64,000 nt of DNA from an uncultured bacterium (GTDB lineage: Bacteria > Bacillota_I > Bacilli_A > RFN20 > CAG-826), in contig CASDYC010000001.1 in the NCBI GenBank assembly GCA_949285665.1, forward strand, positions 5,376-69,375. The letters are read 5' to 3'. A program made the translations under genes and the position numbers. A model generated the notes under the pieces. That model did not search any database, was not told the origin of the DNA, and worked only from the letters and a program-made list of their open reading frames with translations. This document shows positions 1 through 10,365 of this stretch, piece by piece; position 1 is the stretch's first letter; each line of letters begins with the position of its first letter.

Positions 1-14
1 ATGGCGACACGGCT

Positions 15-1949
15 ATGGGTACAATGTTAAAGTATGGTTCTGAATCAGCTAAAGCATTTTATGTAAATCAAGTTATTAATCCTAAATTTGCTCAAGCTCA
101 TATTAATGGTGATATTCATATCCATGATATGGATTTTTACACTTTAACAATGACTTGTTGTCAAATTGATTTATTAAAATTATTTGATGGTGGATTTTCA
201 ACTGGTAATGGTTTTATTAGAGAACCAGGAAGTATTAGATCATACGCATCTTTAGCTTGCATTGCTATTCAAGCAAACCAAAATGATCAACATGGTGGTC
301 AATCAATTCCTAATTTTGATTATTTTATGGCACCAGGTGTAAGAAAATCATATAGAAAAAATGTCATTTCTTATCTTTTAACTTTATTAAACTTTTTAGA
401 TGAAAACTTAAAAAGAGAAGATTGTAAACAAATCGTTCAAGATATTGAAGATAGTGGCGTTAAATGTCAAATGAATAGTGAGGAATTTAAAACTGCTCTT
501 GAAAAATATTTAGCTAAAAAATATACAGATATTAATATTAATAAAGTTGTAAGTAATGTTTTAACTGATGCTTATAATCAAACTCGGGATGATACTTATC
601 AAGCGATGGAAGCATTAATTCATAATTTAAATACAATGCATTCTAGAGCTGGTGCTCAAGTTCCATTTTCTTCTTTAAATTATGGTACTGATACAAGTGA
701 TGAAGGAAGAATGGTAATGGATTGTTTACTAGATGCAACTGAAGCTGGTTTAGGAAATGGTGAAACTCCAATTTTCCCAATTCAAATCTTTAAGCTAAAA
801 GAAGGTGTATCTTATAATAAAGAAGATAGAAACTACGATTTATTTAGAAAAGCTTGTAAAGTTAGTGGTAAAAGATTATTCCCTAACTTCTCATTTATAG
901 ATGCTCCATTTAATTTACAATACTATAAAAAAGGTGACTATCGTACAGAAGTTGCTTACATGGGTTGTAGAACAAGAGTTATTTCAAATGTTATAAAAGA
1001 TAAAGAAATTACAACTGGTAGAGGTAACCTATCATTTACATCAATTAATTTGCCAAGATTAGGTTTACTTGCAAATCATGATATTGATAAATTTTTCAAG
1101 ATGTTAGACGAAAAAATTGAATTAGTAAAAGATCAATTACTTGAAAGATATGAAATTCAAGGACATAGAAGAGTTTATAATTTCCCATTCTTAATGGGAC
1201 AACATGTCTGGCTTGATAGCGAAAAATTAAAAAGAGATGATGAAGTAAAACCAGTTTTAGTACATGGTACATTAACAGTTGGTTTTATTGGATTGGCTGA
1301 ATGTTTAAAGGCTTTAATTGGAAAACATCACGGTGAAAGTGAAGAAGCTCAAAAATTAGGTTTAAAAATTATCGGTCATATGAGAGATAAAACTGATGAA
1401 TACACTAAAAAATATAATCTTAATTTTTCATTAATTGCAACTCCAGCAGAAGGATTAAGTGGAAGATTTACAAAACTTGATAAAGAAAAATTTGGAATTA
1501 TTGAAGGAATTACAGATCGTGCATTTTATACAAATTCATTCCACATTCCAGTTTATTATAATATAAGTATTTTTGACAAAATTAGATTAGAAGCTCCATA
1601 TAATGCTTTAACAAATGGCGGACATATCACTTATGTTGAAGTTGATGGTGATGTTGCAAAAAATGTCGACGCTTTTGAAAGAATAATTCGTTGTATGCAT
1701 GACGAAGGTATTGGATATGGTAGTGTAAACCATCCAGTAGATAGAGATCCAGTTTGTGGATATAATGGAATTATTGATAATGTCTGTCCAAAATGTGGTA
1801 GACATGAAGAAGATGTTAAATTTGAAAGAATTAGAAGAATCACTGGTTATTTAGTTGGTACTCTTGATAGATTTAATGATGGAAAAAGAGCCGAAGAAGC
1901 CGCAAGAGTAAAACATTCTTATAAAGTAGAAGATGGAAAACAAGATTAG
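15..1949 (+). CDS. nrdD: anaerobic ribonucleoside-triphosphate reductase (class III RNR); ORF open to the window start, so the N-terminus may be incomplete
   Basis: 644-aa ORF. C-terminal zinc ribbon CGYNGIIDNVCPKCG and glycyl-radical motif RRITGYLVG. Immediately followed by a radical-SAM activase gene that overlaps it. Confidence 0.85.
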   Translation: MGTMLKYGSESAKAFYVNQVINPKFAQAHINGDIHIHDMDFYTLTMTCCQIDLLKLFDGGFSTGNGFIREPGSIRSYASLACIAIQANQNDQHGGQSIPNFDYFMAPGVRKSYRKNVISYLLTLLNFLDENLKREDCKQIVQDIEDSGVKCQMNSEEFKTALEKYLAKKYTDININKVVSNVLTDAYNQTRDDTYQAMEALIHNLNTMHSRAGAQVPFSSLNYGTDTSDEGRMVMDCLLDATEAGLGNGETPIFPIQIFKLKEGVSYNKEDRNYDLFRKACKVSGKRLFPNFSFIDAPFNLQYYKKGDYRTEVAYMGCRTRVISNVIKDKEITTGRGNLSFTSINLPRLGLLANHDIDKFFKMLDEKIELVKDQLLERYEIQGHRRVYNFPFLMGQHVWLDSEKLKRDDEVKPVLVHGTLTVGFIGLAECLKALIGKHHGESEEAQKLGLKIIGHMRDKTDEYTKKYNLNFSLIATPAEGLSGRFTKLDKEKFGIIEGITDRAFYTNSFHIPVYYNISIFDKIRLEAPYNALTNGGHITYVEVDGDVAKNVDAFERIIRCMHDEGIGYGSVNHPVDRDPVCGYNGIIDNVCPKCGRHEEDVKFERIRRITGYLVGTLDRFNDGKRAEEAARVKHSYKVEDGKQD

Positions 1950-2451
1950 AATTGCCGGATATATTGATGATTCTATTGTTGATGGTCCAGGAATAAGATT
2001 TACAATTTTTACTCAAGGCTGTTTACATCATTGTTTTAAATGTCATAATCCTGAAACTTGGCCAATGGATAAAGGATCTTTAGTTGATATTGATACATTA
2101 ATTGAAAAAATTAAAAAAAATCCATTATTACAAGGAGTTACTTTATCAGGCGGGGATCCGTTATATCAAATTAAACCATGTCTTGAATTAGTAAAAAAAA
2201 TAAAAGAATTTGAAAATAATTTAAACATAATTATTTATACTGGATTTGTTTTTGAAGACTTAGAAAAAAGATTTTCAAATGAATCAGAGCTTTTAGAACT
2301 TTTAAAGTTATCTGATTATTTAATTGACGGTCCATACATTGATTCTTTAAGAGATTTAACTCTTCTTTTTAGAGGATCAAAAAATCAAAGAATTATTGAT
2401 TTAAAAAAGACTTTTATTGAAAATAAAGTTATCGAAGCGGATTTTGAATAA
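1933..2451 (+). CDS. nrdG: anaerobic RNR activating enzyme (radical SAM)
   Basis: 172 aa. CX3CX2C radical-SAM cluster motif (CLHHCFKC) near the N-terminus. Overlaps the nrdD stop codon. Confidence 0.8.
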   Translation: MENKIRIAGYIDDSIVDGPGIRFTIFTQGCLHHCFKCHNPETWPMDKGSLVDIDTLIEKIKKNPLLQGVTLSGGDPLYQIKPCLELVKKIKEFENNLNIIIYTGFVFEDLEKRFSNESELLELLKLSDYLIDGPYIDSLRDLTLLFRGSKNQRIIDLKKTFIENKVIEADFE

Positions 2452-2519
2452 AAATTAGAAGTGTTGATTATTAAAGTTTTATGTTATAATTTTTCTAGTT
2501 TATTTAAAGGAGTTTTTTA

Positions 2520-3584
2520 ATGGGACCGAGTTTTCTTACTGATGCTACGGGGACAAGTTCAAATGCTGATCCCTATGGGTTGATTAATCTATGGTGGATT
2601 TTAATTCTTGTTCTAACAATTTTAACTGCATTCTTTAGTGGCGCTGAAACTGCTATTGAATCTTGTAATCAATTTAAGTTTAAAGTTAAAGCTGGCGAGG
2701 GAAGTCGTACTGCTAAATTGGTAATAAAGATAATTAATAAATTTGATGAACAGATTATTTCTGTTTTAGTTGGTTATAATATTGTTACAACTATAATTTC
2801 TACAGTTGCAACAATTGTTTTTTCAGCATATTTAAAAGCTGAATGGATTGTTAACTTAGTTTCAACTATTGTAATTACAATATTAATTTATATTTTTGGT
2901 GATACTTTACCAAAAATTGTTGCAAAACGTGCTCCAGATACATATTTAACATTATTTGCTTATCCATTAATGTTCTTTTATTATGTGTTTTACATAGTAA
3001 ATAAATTATTTTATTATTTATCTTTAGGCGTAAAAAAATTATTCAAAATTAAAAAAGACGTCACTTTAACAGAAGAAGATTTTTCAAATTTCGTTGATGA
3101 AGTTGAAGAAGATGGAAAATTAGATGAAGATGAAACTGATATTATTTTAAATTCACTAGATTTTCTTGAAACAGATGTCAAACAATGTTTTACACCTGCA
3201 AATAAAATGGAAATGATAGATATTGATAACATTACAAATGAAATGTTAAACGAAAAGCTTTTAAATTCAAACTTTTCAAGAATACCGGTGTATAAAAAAC
3301 ATAAAAATAATATTATTGGAATTTTAACAGTTAAAAAGTATTTTAATGAATACATGAAAGATAAACATGTTAGTATTTCTTCAATTTTATCTAAACCTTA
3401 TTTTGTTGATCCAAACACAAAATTAGATGATTTATTTGAAGGTTTTAATAAATTTCATACTCATATTGCAATTGTGAAAAATAAAAATATTGTCGTTGGT
3501 ATGGTCACAATGGATGATTTATTAGAAGAACTTGTTGGTCAAAATGAAAATGTTTCAAATGTTGAAAATAAGGAGGCTATTTAA
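2520..3584 (+). CDS. CNNM/CorC-HlyC family membrane protein (DUF21 TM domain plus CBS pair)
   Basis: N-terminal DUF21-like hydrophobic region with the FSGAETA motif, followed by CBS-like repeats. Tandem paralog of the next gene. Confidence 0.65.
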   Translation: MGPSFLTDATGTSSNADPYGLINLWWILILVLTILTAFFSGAETAIESCNQFKFKVKAGEGSRTAKLVIKIINKFDEQIISVLVGYNIVTTIISTVATIVFSAYLKAEWIVNLVSTIVITILIYIFGDTLPKIVAKRAPDTYLTLFAYPLMFFYYVFYIVNKLFYYLSLGVKKLFKIKKDVTLTEEDFSNFVDEVEEDGKLDEDETDIILNSLDFLETDVKQCFTPANKMEMIDIDNITNEMLNEKLLNSNFSRIPVYKKHKNNIIGILTVKKYFNEYMKDKHVSISSILSKPYFVDPNTKLDDLFEGFNKFHTHIAIVKNKNIVVGMVTMDDLLEELVGQNENVSNVENKEAI

Positions 3585-3586
3585 TT

Positions 3587-4885
3587 ATGCCTTATTACAT
3601 ATCGCTTCCAATAATCGCTGTTTTAATTGTATTATCAACAATGTTTTCAATGTCAGATATGGCTCTTTCAAGTGTCAATATTTTAAGAATTAAAAAAGAT
3701 GCCGAAAATAATAAAAGAAGTGCTAAAATTGCTTATAAATTAATTACTAATTATGAAGATACAATTTCTACAATTTTATTTTGTAACAATTTAACAAATA
3801 TTGGTATATCTTCAATAATGGTTTTTGTTGTTCAAAATTTAGCTGGTACAAACGAGACAATTGAAAATGTAATTTCAATTTTAATTTCTACATTTATTTT
3901 ACTTTTATGTGGAGAAGTTATTCCAAAGCAAATTGCAAAAATTTACAATTATAGACTTAGTTTATTCTTTTCTTATTTTGTTGTAACTTGTAAATACATT
4001 TTTTATCCATTTACATTTATATTTACAAAAATTGCTTATTTCTTTTCAAAATTATTCCTTAAAGGTACTAAAAAAGTTGAAGAAAATATTCAAACAGAAG
4101 TTGGTGATGAACTTCAAGAGATGGTTCAAACAATTGAAGATGAAGGAATTATAAATGAAGATAAAGCTGATTTAATTAGAAGCGCTATTGAATTTAACTC
4201 AACGGAAGCTTATGAAATAATGACTCCAAGAGTGGATGTTTTAATGTTTGATATTAATGATGATATTGAAAATTTAATTAATGATAGTGAATATTTTAGA
4301 TATTCAAGAATCCCAATTTATGAAGAAGATAAGGATAATATTGTTGGAATTTTACCAATAAAATTATTACAAAGAAAAATATTAACCAATTCTGACATTA
4401 ATTTAAAAGAATTAATTTATAAACCAACATTTGTCCCAAGAAGTATTAAAATAACAGATATTTTATCTTTATTTAAAAAGAACGGTCACCATATGGTTGT
4501 TGTTTTGGATGAATATGGTGGAGTAGAAGGTATTGTAACAATTGAAGATATTATAGAAGAATTAGTTGGTCCAATTTTTGATGAAACAGATAAAATTGAA
4601 AAAGAATATTCTGAAACAAAAGATGGTTATATTGTTTCTGGTAGCATGAATATTGATGATTTCTTTGAACTTGTTGAAATTGAACCAGAATTTGATGATC
4701 CAAGTTTTAATACTGTTTCTGGTTGGGTTATTGATAATCTTGAAAGATTCGCCAAAGAAAATGATGAATTTGATTTTGATAATTTACATATTAAAGTTTT
4801 AAGTGTTGATGAATACACTGTTGAGCGTATTCAAGTTACAATTAATAAAAAACAAGACGAAGAAGAAAATAAAAGTGAAGATTAG
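3587..4885 (+). CDS. CNNM/CorC-HlyC family membrane protein (DUF21, CBS pair and C-terminal CorC_HlyC domain)
   Basis: Same architecture as the upstream paralog, with an extra C-terminal CorC_HlyC-like transporter-associated domain (motif VVLDEYGG). Confidence 0.7.
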   Translation: MPYYISLPIIAVLIVLSTMFSMSDMALSSVNILRIKKDAENNKRSAKIAYKLITNYEDTISTILFCNNLTNIGISSIMVFVVQNLAGTNETIENVISILISTFILLLCGEVIPKQIAKIYNYRLSLFFSYFVVTCKYIFYPFTFIFTKIAYFFSKLFLKGTKKVEENIQTEVGDELQEMVQTIEDEGIINEDKADLIRSAIEFNSTEAYEIMTPRVDVLMFDINDDIENLINDSEYFRYSRIPIYEEDKDNIVGILPIKLLQRKILTNSDINLKELIYKPTFVPRSIKITDILSLFKKNGHHMVVVLDEYGGVEGIVTIEDIIEELVGPIFDETDKIEKEYSETKDGYIVSGSMNIDDFFELVEIEPEFDDPSFNTVSGWVIDNLERFAKENDEFDFDNLHIKVLSVDEYTVERIQVTINKKQDEEENKSED

Positions 4886-5418
4886 AACTTCACTTTACTA
4901 GAATATTTATAATAAATTTCTTGTGCCATCTCGGTAATTGTTTTGTTGTCGCCGTCAATAACAAAGTCAGTTTTACCAATATTTTTATATGCAAAATCTT
5001 TTTTATCGTTTTGAATTCTTTTTTCTATTTCTTCTTTAGAATCTCCGCGTTGTTCCATTCTTTTTCTTCTATTTTCTTCACTTCCAGTTATATAAAAAGT
5101 AATAATAGAAGGATTTTTTAATTTTTTAAAAATTTTTAGACCTTTTGGATCAACGATTAAAACTTTATTTACATCTATTTCATTTAATGGAGTCCCATAA
5201 TAATTACCATTGTATAAAGTTGTTTCTAAAAAGAAATTTTCTTCTTTTAATTTTAAGAATTTATTTTCGGTAATGAAGTGATAATCAATATTGTTGACTT
5301 CATTTTCACGTTTTTTTCTTGTTGTATAAGTTACAACTTTAACAAAACCGTAATTTTTTATTAATTTTTTAGCGACTTCAGTTTTTCCTGAAGCAGACGC
5401 CCCAACCAAAATAATCAT
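4882..5418 (-). CDS. gmk: guanylate kinase
   Basis: P-loop GASASGKT. TTRKKRENEVNNIDYHF and YNGNYYGT match the Gmk signatures TTRxPRxGExxGxxYxF and GNYYGT. Confidence 0.75.
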   Translation of the reverse strand: MIILVGASASGKTEVAKKLIKNYGFVKVVTYTTRKKRENEVNNIDYHFITENKFLKLKEENFFLETTLYNGNYYGTPLNEIDVNKVLIVDPKGLKIFKKLKNPSIITFYITGSEENRRKRMEQRGDSKEEIEKRIQNDKKDFAYKNIGKTDFVIDGDNKTITEMAQEIYYKYSSKVKF

Positions 5419-5524
5419 GTAAAATATTATATCACAATAATTAATAAAAAAATTTTCAAAAAATTTTAAAAATTTTGGAAAAAATTATTTTTTACTACGA
5501 CTTATTAAGTAGGGAGGTAAAAAA

Positions 5525-5830
5525 GTGGAAAAACAAAAATTAAAAGAAATTGAAAATTTAAAAAACGAATACCTAATATGCCAATACAAAATAATAAAAA
5601 GAATTGATACACAACAAGATCATAGAAAAATTATTAAATTTGAATTGGCATTAAATAAATTAAATACTGAAGAGAAAAAATTATTTAATAATATTTATTT
5701 TACTTTAGATAATACTTGGTGGAAAAAATATTATACAAACAAACAATATGGCAATTTTAAAAATATTACATTAAATAAATTTTATTATTTTTATTTAATA
5801 GGGAGTAAACATGAAAGTATCAAAGGGTAG
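5525..5830 (+). CDS. hypothetical protein
   Basis: 101-aa ORF with a GGAGG-like RBS (agggaggtaaaaaaGTG). No recognisable motif. Confidence 0.3.
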   Translation: MEKQKLKEIENLKNEYLICQYKIIKRIDTQQDHRKIIKFELALNKLNTEEKKLFNNIYFTLDNTWWKKYYTNKQYGNFKNITLNKFYYFYLIGSKHESIKG

Positions 5831-7022
5831 TTTAGTTTTATTTTCAGTTTTATCATTTTCATTTTTAACAAGTGCTGGTATAAATAATAATAAAATAGAA
5901 GATGGAACCTATATCTATCAAGATGAATACAAAATAGAAGATTTTGTAATGGAATATGATAGAACTGAAATTGTTTATCATGAGCATGGACAACCAAGTA
6001 GAGATCAGCCTCATTATTATTATAAAATAAAATTTAATTATACACCTTTAGTTAAAAATGCTATTAAAGCATCTTTTGAAGTTGAAACAAAAGGTGGAGT
6101 TTTTAAAGTTGATTTACCTTCAAGAATGTCTTCTATAAGTCGAAAATATCAAGCAACTTGCGAATTTTATTTTGATAAAAGTGAAGATTTCATTGATTTT
6201 AGATTTAATTATGGTGTTAATGATACATTTATAAGTTTATATAATTCTGAATTTAAAGCCTCAACAACAACACTAAATATTAATCAAGATGATTTATTAA
6301 CACAAAAAATATTTGAATTCGAACAAGGAGTCCCGGTAATTTTAAATGGAAGATTTACAAATTTAATTCAAGTATATGATTTTTCAACATTAAGGTATAA
6401 TGACATACATGATTTATATTATGGTAAAGTTGATTATAGTTGTTATAAGTATAGATACACAGACAACGATCCTGAAAATCCTATACTAGATTCAAATCTT
6501 AATTCAAAACGTGTGAGATGCTCACATTATAGAGATGTTAATACATCTTTAAAAATGTGCCTAAATATTAAATTTAACGAAGATACAATTAGTTGTCATT
6601 TTACTGGTTATGATGCTCAATGCGGTAGCACTGATAGAGGCGGACATTACGATTATAGCTATATTTATAAAGATGGATACATGGTTTTAGAAGATGTAGT
6701 CACTGATGGTAAAGTAAAAATGCATTATAGCGACAACCCATCTTATATGGTTAATGTATTAGAAAAAGATGTAAATAGATATTTAAAAACTGGATATAAA
6801 ATGTCAGATGCAATATATTTTGCAAATAATTTAGATTCTTACAAAGGGTTTAGATCGATGTATTGTAGACCAACTTTTTCTTTAGACAAACTTTATATAT
6901 CTTGCTCAAATGAAAAAATTGGTTTTAGAAAAGAATTATATTTTAATCACCAAAATGATTATTATCTAAATGGACAATTTAATACTGGTGATAATAAGTA
7001 TAATGAGGTGTTTATTGTTTAA
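5811..7022 (+). CDS. secreted hypothetical protein (signal peptide)
   Basis: N-terminal hydrophobic signal MKVSKGSLVLFSVLSFSFLTSAG. First gene of a pilus/secretion-like cluster. Confidence 0.4.
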   Translation: MKVSKGSLVLFSVLSFSFLTSAGINNNKIEDGTYIYQDEYKIEDFVMEYDRTEIVYHEHGQPSRDQPHYYYKIKFNYTPLVKNAIKASFEVETKGGVFKVDLPSRMSSISRKYQATCEFYFDKSEDFIDFRFNYGVNDTFISLYNSEFKASTTTLNINQDDLLTQKIFEFEQGVPVILNGRFTNLIQVYDFSTLRYNDIHDLYYGKVDYSCYKYRYTDNDPENPILDSNLNSKRVRCSHYRDVNTSLKMCLNIKFNEDTISCHFTGYDAQCGSTDRGGHYDYSYIYKDGYMVLEDVVTDGKVKMHYSDNPSYMVNVLEKDVNRYLKTGYKMSDAIYFANNLDSYKGFRSMYCRPTFSLDKLYISCSNEKIGFRKELYFNHQNDYYLNGQFNTGDNKYNEVFIV

Positions 7023-7024
7023 TT

Positions 7025-7399
7025 ATGTGGGGCGTTTTACTTGGTGGTTTATCATTAATTCTTGGAATTAATTTTTCAATTACTTCTGTATCTTTTGCAT
7101 CGTTAAATAATGCATTTAATGAAATAACAAGCAATTTTATTACTAATTCTTGTCATTATTCAATGAATGATGTTTATATTGATAAAGATTTATTAAAAGA
7201 AAATTTAAAAAATCATTTTCAAAGTAATGTTAATAATCTTGTTAAAACAATTAAGATATATTTAGAATATTACAACGAAAATAAAATAATGACATTTGAT
7301 GATAAGCCAAAAGGAGTAACAATTGTTGTTACATCAGATTTTGTTTATGGAAAATTTAAGAAAGGAATAACTTATTTTATAGAAGATGGAAATGATTGA
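7025..7399 (+). CDS. small N-terminally membrane-anchored protein, possibly a pseudopilin-like component
   Basis: Single N-terminal TM segment (GVLLGGLSLILGINFSI). Adjacent to the secretion ATPase gene. Confidence 0.3.
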   Translation: MWGVLLGGLSLILGINFSITSVSFASLNNAFNEITSNFITNSCHYSMNDVYIDKDLLKENLKNHFQSNVNNLVKTIKIYLEYYNENKIMTFDDKPKGVTIVVTSDFVYGKFKKGITYFIEDGND

Positions 7400-8396
7400 A
7401 AAAGTAATTGATCGATTAAATAATAGTTGTTTTGCAGAGCTTTTAAATGTTGATTCAATAACTGATATATCTTATAATGGCGAAAAAATTTATTATTTAG
7501 ATAACTTTAAAGGCAGACAATTATATGATAAAAAGATCGAATACGATGAAATAAGAAATTTAATTAAAGATATAACAAATTTTTTAGATATTAATTTTTC
7601 AATTTCAAATCCAATAGTTGATGTTTCCTTTTTAAATATTAGATTAAACGTTGTTCATGAATCAATTTCTAAAAAATATGGAAATAAAAGATTAATTTTC
7701 TCAATCCGTAAATTTTCAAAAAAAATTAGAATTACCAATAATAATGACTTTTTTGATGAAAAATTGTTTGAATTTTTTAAATTTATTTTAAAAAATAAAC
7801 TTTCAATTATTATTTATGGAGAGCCTTCAAGTGGAAAAACTGAATTTCAAAAATATTTATTAAAAATGTTTGAAAATAATGAGAGACTTGTGATTATTGA
7901 TACTATTAATGAACTTGATCTTGATTATAAGAATTCTGATATATCAATAATGATTCCAGAAAAATCACGATTTTGTAATGTTAATAACTTAATTAAAACA
8001 AGCTTAAGACTTAATCCAGATTATCTAATTTTAGCAGAAGCAAGAGGTGATGAATTTTTAGATGTTTATAATTCTCTTTTAACGGGTATTTCTACAATAA
8101 CTACCATGCATGCAAAAACTGGTTTAAGTTTAATATCAAGAATCAAATTTTTACTTCAAAAAAATGATATTAACATGAATATTTTTGAACAAGATATTTA
8201 CGAAAATATAAATGTTTTAATTGGTGTAAAAAAAGAATTTACAAATGGTAGAGTTAAAAGATATATAAATGAAATTTTAATATCAGATGGAAAAGATTAT
8301 AAAAAAATATACAAAGAAGAAAAAGGTGTAAGAAAATTTTTTAAACTTCCAGAGGCATATTCTGCGTTTAAAGGATTTCAATTACAGGTTAATTAG
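7386..8396 (+). CDS. type II/IV secretion-system ATPase (GspE/VirB11/TadA-CpaF superfamily)
   Basis: Walker A GEPSSGKTE. Aspartate-box/Walker B region DYLILAEARGDE (compare GEVRGxE of CpaF/VirB11). His-box TTMHA. Confidence 0.6.
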   Translation: MEMIEKVIDRLNNSCFAELLNVDSITDISYNGEKIYYLDNFKGRQLYDKKIEYDEIRNLIKDITNFLDINFSISNPIVDVSFLNIRLNVVHESISKKYGNKRLIFSIRKFSKKIRITNNNDFFDEKLFEFFKFILKNKLSIIIYGEPSSGKTEFQKYLLKMFENNERLVIIDTINELDLDYKNSDISIMIPEKSRFCNVNNLIKTSLRLNPDYLILAEARGDEFLDVYNSLLTGISTITTMHAKTGLSLISRIKFLLQKNDINMNIFEQDIYENINVLIGVKKEFTNGRVKRYINEILISDGKDYKKIYKEEKGVRKFFKLPEAYSAFKGFQLQVN

Positions 8397-8404
8397 GAGT
8401 TAAT

Positions 8405-9103
8405 ATGAGTAAAAATTTTATACTAAATTTAATGTCAATTTTAATATCGACATTAATTATGTGTTATATAATTCCAGATCTTATTTTTGTTATCTTGTTT
8501 TGTGTAATTAGTTTATCCTATCTAATATTTATTTACTTTATTGATAAAAAATACACATATAAAATAAGTAGATTTTCTGAATGCTGTAATTTTATTGAGA
8601 ATACAATAATTAGCTTTAATTTTGTTGATTCAACAACAGCAGCATTAGATAATGCAAAGAAAAAACTAAATAAAAAGACATTAGAAAATTTTGATGAAAA
8701 TAATAAAAATAGTGAAGATCTGCTGTACTTTTTAGATAAGCATTACACTTTTAATATATTTAATATTTTTAAACAATGCTTAAAAATATTTGAAGATGTT
8801 GGTGGAAATTTCTTAAATATTTCAAAAAATTTATTAAATGAAACAAAAAGACTTTCATATTTAAATATAAAAACTGAAAAAGAATCTGTGAGTTATTTAT
8901 TTTCGTTTATATCAATGTGGTTATTTGCGTTTTTAATTTTACTGGTTGCTAAATTATCATTAGGTAATTTTACAAGTGAGATTATTGAAAGCTTGTATTT
9001 TAAAATAGTTAGTTTTTGTGGATTTTTATTCTATATTGTCAGTTTGTATTTATATATGAAAAGACTTTATAAAACAGATTATATATTGGAGTATAAATTA
9101 TAA
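8405..9103 (+). CDS. polytopic membrane protein, TadB/GspF-like platform candidate
   Basis: Multiple TM segments at both ends, with a cytoplasmic middle domain. Lies directly after the secretion ATPase gene. Confidence 0.4.
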   Translation: MSKNFILNLMSILISTLIMCYIIPDLIFVILFCVISLSYLIFIYFIDKKYTYKISRFSECCNFIENTIISFNFVDSTTAALDNAKKKLNKKTLENFDENNKNSEDLLYFLDKHYTFNIFNIFKQCLKIFEDVGGNFLNISKNLLNETKRLSYLNIKTEKESVSYLFSFISMWLFAFLILLVAKLSLGNFTSEIIESLYFKIVSFCGFLFYIVSLYLYMKRLYKTDYILEYKL

Positions 9104-9771
9104 TGGAAAAAATTAAAGATTATTTTGAAGTGATAGGAAAAAATTATAAAAAAGAAATCATAAAAATATTACTTATTGAATTAATTCTTCTAATACCTGG
9201 AGTAGGATTATCTTTTCTATATAAAAAAATAATATATATAATTGTCAGTTTGGTTTTATTATTAATTACTCCAGTTATAATGTATTTTTTATATGAATCA
9301 TCTAAAAAAGCAAAAGAGAATCGATTATTTAATGATTTTATCAATTCTTTGATATATTTTAGAATTTATTTAGAAGCAGGATTTAATATATATCAAGCTT
9401 TTAATGAAATATTGAAATATTCTTCAAATGAATTATCTGAAAAAATAAAAATAATGTTATCACAAATTGATAATGATAAATCAGTTGTCCCATATTTAAA
9501 TTTTGCAAAAAATTTTAATAGAGAAATAATTGATCAATTAATGTTATCGATTTATGAAATGAATGATTCATTATCAGATACAAAACATATTAATTCTTTT
9601 ATCTATTTATTTGACAAAATTTTAGAAAACTCTCAAAAAGAGCAAGAAGAAAGAAAAAAACAAAATCTTTTATCAAAGGCAAATTATTCTTTAGTTGGCG
9701 GAGCTATTTTTATATTAGCAATTATAGTTGGTGTTATTAATTTAATGGGGAGTGTTATAAGTGGGTTCTAA
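9103..9771 (+). CDS. polytopic membrane protein, TadC/GspF-like platform candidate
   Basis: T2SSF-like cytoplasmic domain flanked by TM segments. Translationally coupled to its neighbours. Confidence 0.4.
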   Translation: MEKIKDYFEVIGKNYKKEIIKILLIELILLIPGVGLSFLYKKIIYIIVSLVLLLITPVIMYFLYESSKKAKENRLFNDFINSLIYFRIYLEAGFNIYQAFNEILKYSSNELSEKIKIMLSQIDNDKSVVPYLNFAKNFNREIIDQLMLSIYEMNDSLSDTKHINSFIYLFDKILENSQKEQEERKKQNLLSKANYSLVGGAIFILAIIVGVINLMGSVISGF

Positions 9772-10120
9772 ATTAGGTAGTTTACTTTCATTATTTATTT
9801 TCTTTATTTGTGCATTATTTTTTATAGATTTAATTGTTATACAAGCCGACTATGTTAATTTAGATGCAATTTCGTCAACAATTTGTAATATATTTTCAAT
9901 GAGAGGAGGGACAAGAGCGCTAGATGAAGTAAATCAATACATTGAAAAACAAAGTTCATTAATTCATATAAATATAATTAATGATACATCAATCGTAGGA
10001 GAAAAACTTGAGTTCGAATTGGTTAGTGAAATTAAACCATTATTTTTCTTAAATAATTTGAACTCACTGTCAATAAAAAGATCAGTAATTGTAGGTCTTT
10101 ATAATGGAGAATTTAAATAA
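9761..10120 (+). CDS. small TM protein (TadE/minor-pilin-like candidate)
   Basis: N-terminal TM helix LLSLFIFFICALFFIDLIVI. Sits between the platform genes and the pilin-like gene. Confidence 0.3.
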   Translation: MGSKLGSLLSLFIFFICALFFIDLIVIQADYVNLDAISSTICNIFSMRGGTRALDEVNQYIEKQSSLIHINIINDTSIVGEKLEFELVSEIKPLFFLNNLNSLSIKRSVIVGLYNGEFK

Positions 10121-10133
10121 AAAGGAGAAAAAA

Positions 10134-10322
10134 ATGTCAGAAATTAAAGGTCAAATTTTAGGAGTTTTATTAGTATTAGCTATTTTTGGTTCAGTTGCAG
10201 GTGTTATGATATCGATGTTTAATAACACAACAAATGAAATTGAAAATAAATTAAGTGAAGAAATTAGTAGTTTCAATGAAAGCACTACTCAAGCACTAGG
10301 TTTTGGTGAATTAGTATTTTAA
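10134..10322 (+). CDS. pilin-like small protein (class III/prepilin-like leader)
   Basis: AAAGGAG RBS 6 nt upstream of the ATG at 10134. MSEIKG-QILGVLLVLAIFGSVAGV: a short charged leader ending in G, followed by a hydrophobic helix. Last gene of the cluster. Confidence 0.35.
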   Translation: MSEIKGQILGVLLVLAIFGSVAGVMISMFNNTTNEIENKLSEEISSFNESTTQALGFGELVF

Positions 10323-10328
10323 TAAAAA

Positions 10329-10349
10329 AAGTGCGTAATTAACGCACTT
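10329..10349. terminator. bidirectional intrinsic terminator hairpin
   Basis: gtgcgtaattaacgcac is a perfect 6-bp stem, preceded by an A-run and followed by ttattaag. It separates convergent transcription units. Confidence 0.5.
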
Positions 10350-10365
10350 ATTAAGACAAAATCAA

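Noticed and set aside
1608-1843. Small antisense ORFs inside nrdD (1608-1805, 1631-1843) and similar ORFs inside other genes (3014-3355, 4627-4818, 4921-5121, 16317-16499, 36403-36778, 54541-54750 and others)
   Set aside because: They lie on the opposite strand, entirely within long well-supported genes, with low-complexity translations and no RBS. They are spurious.
5497-5510. Shared 11-12-mer TACGACTTATT upstream of ORF 5525 and upstream of the ImmA gene (59869)
   Set aside because: Too short to distinguish from chance in roughly 73%-AT DNA.
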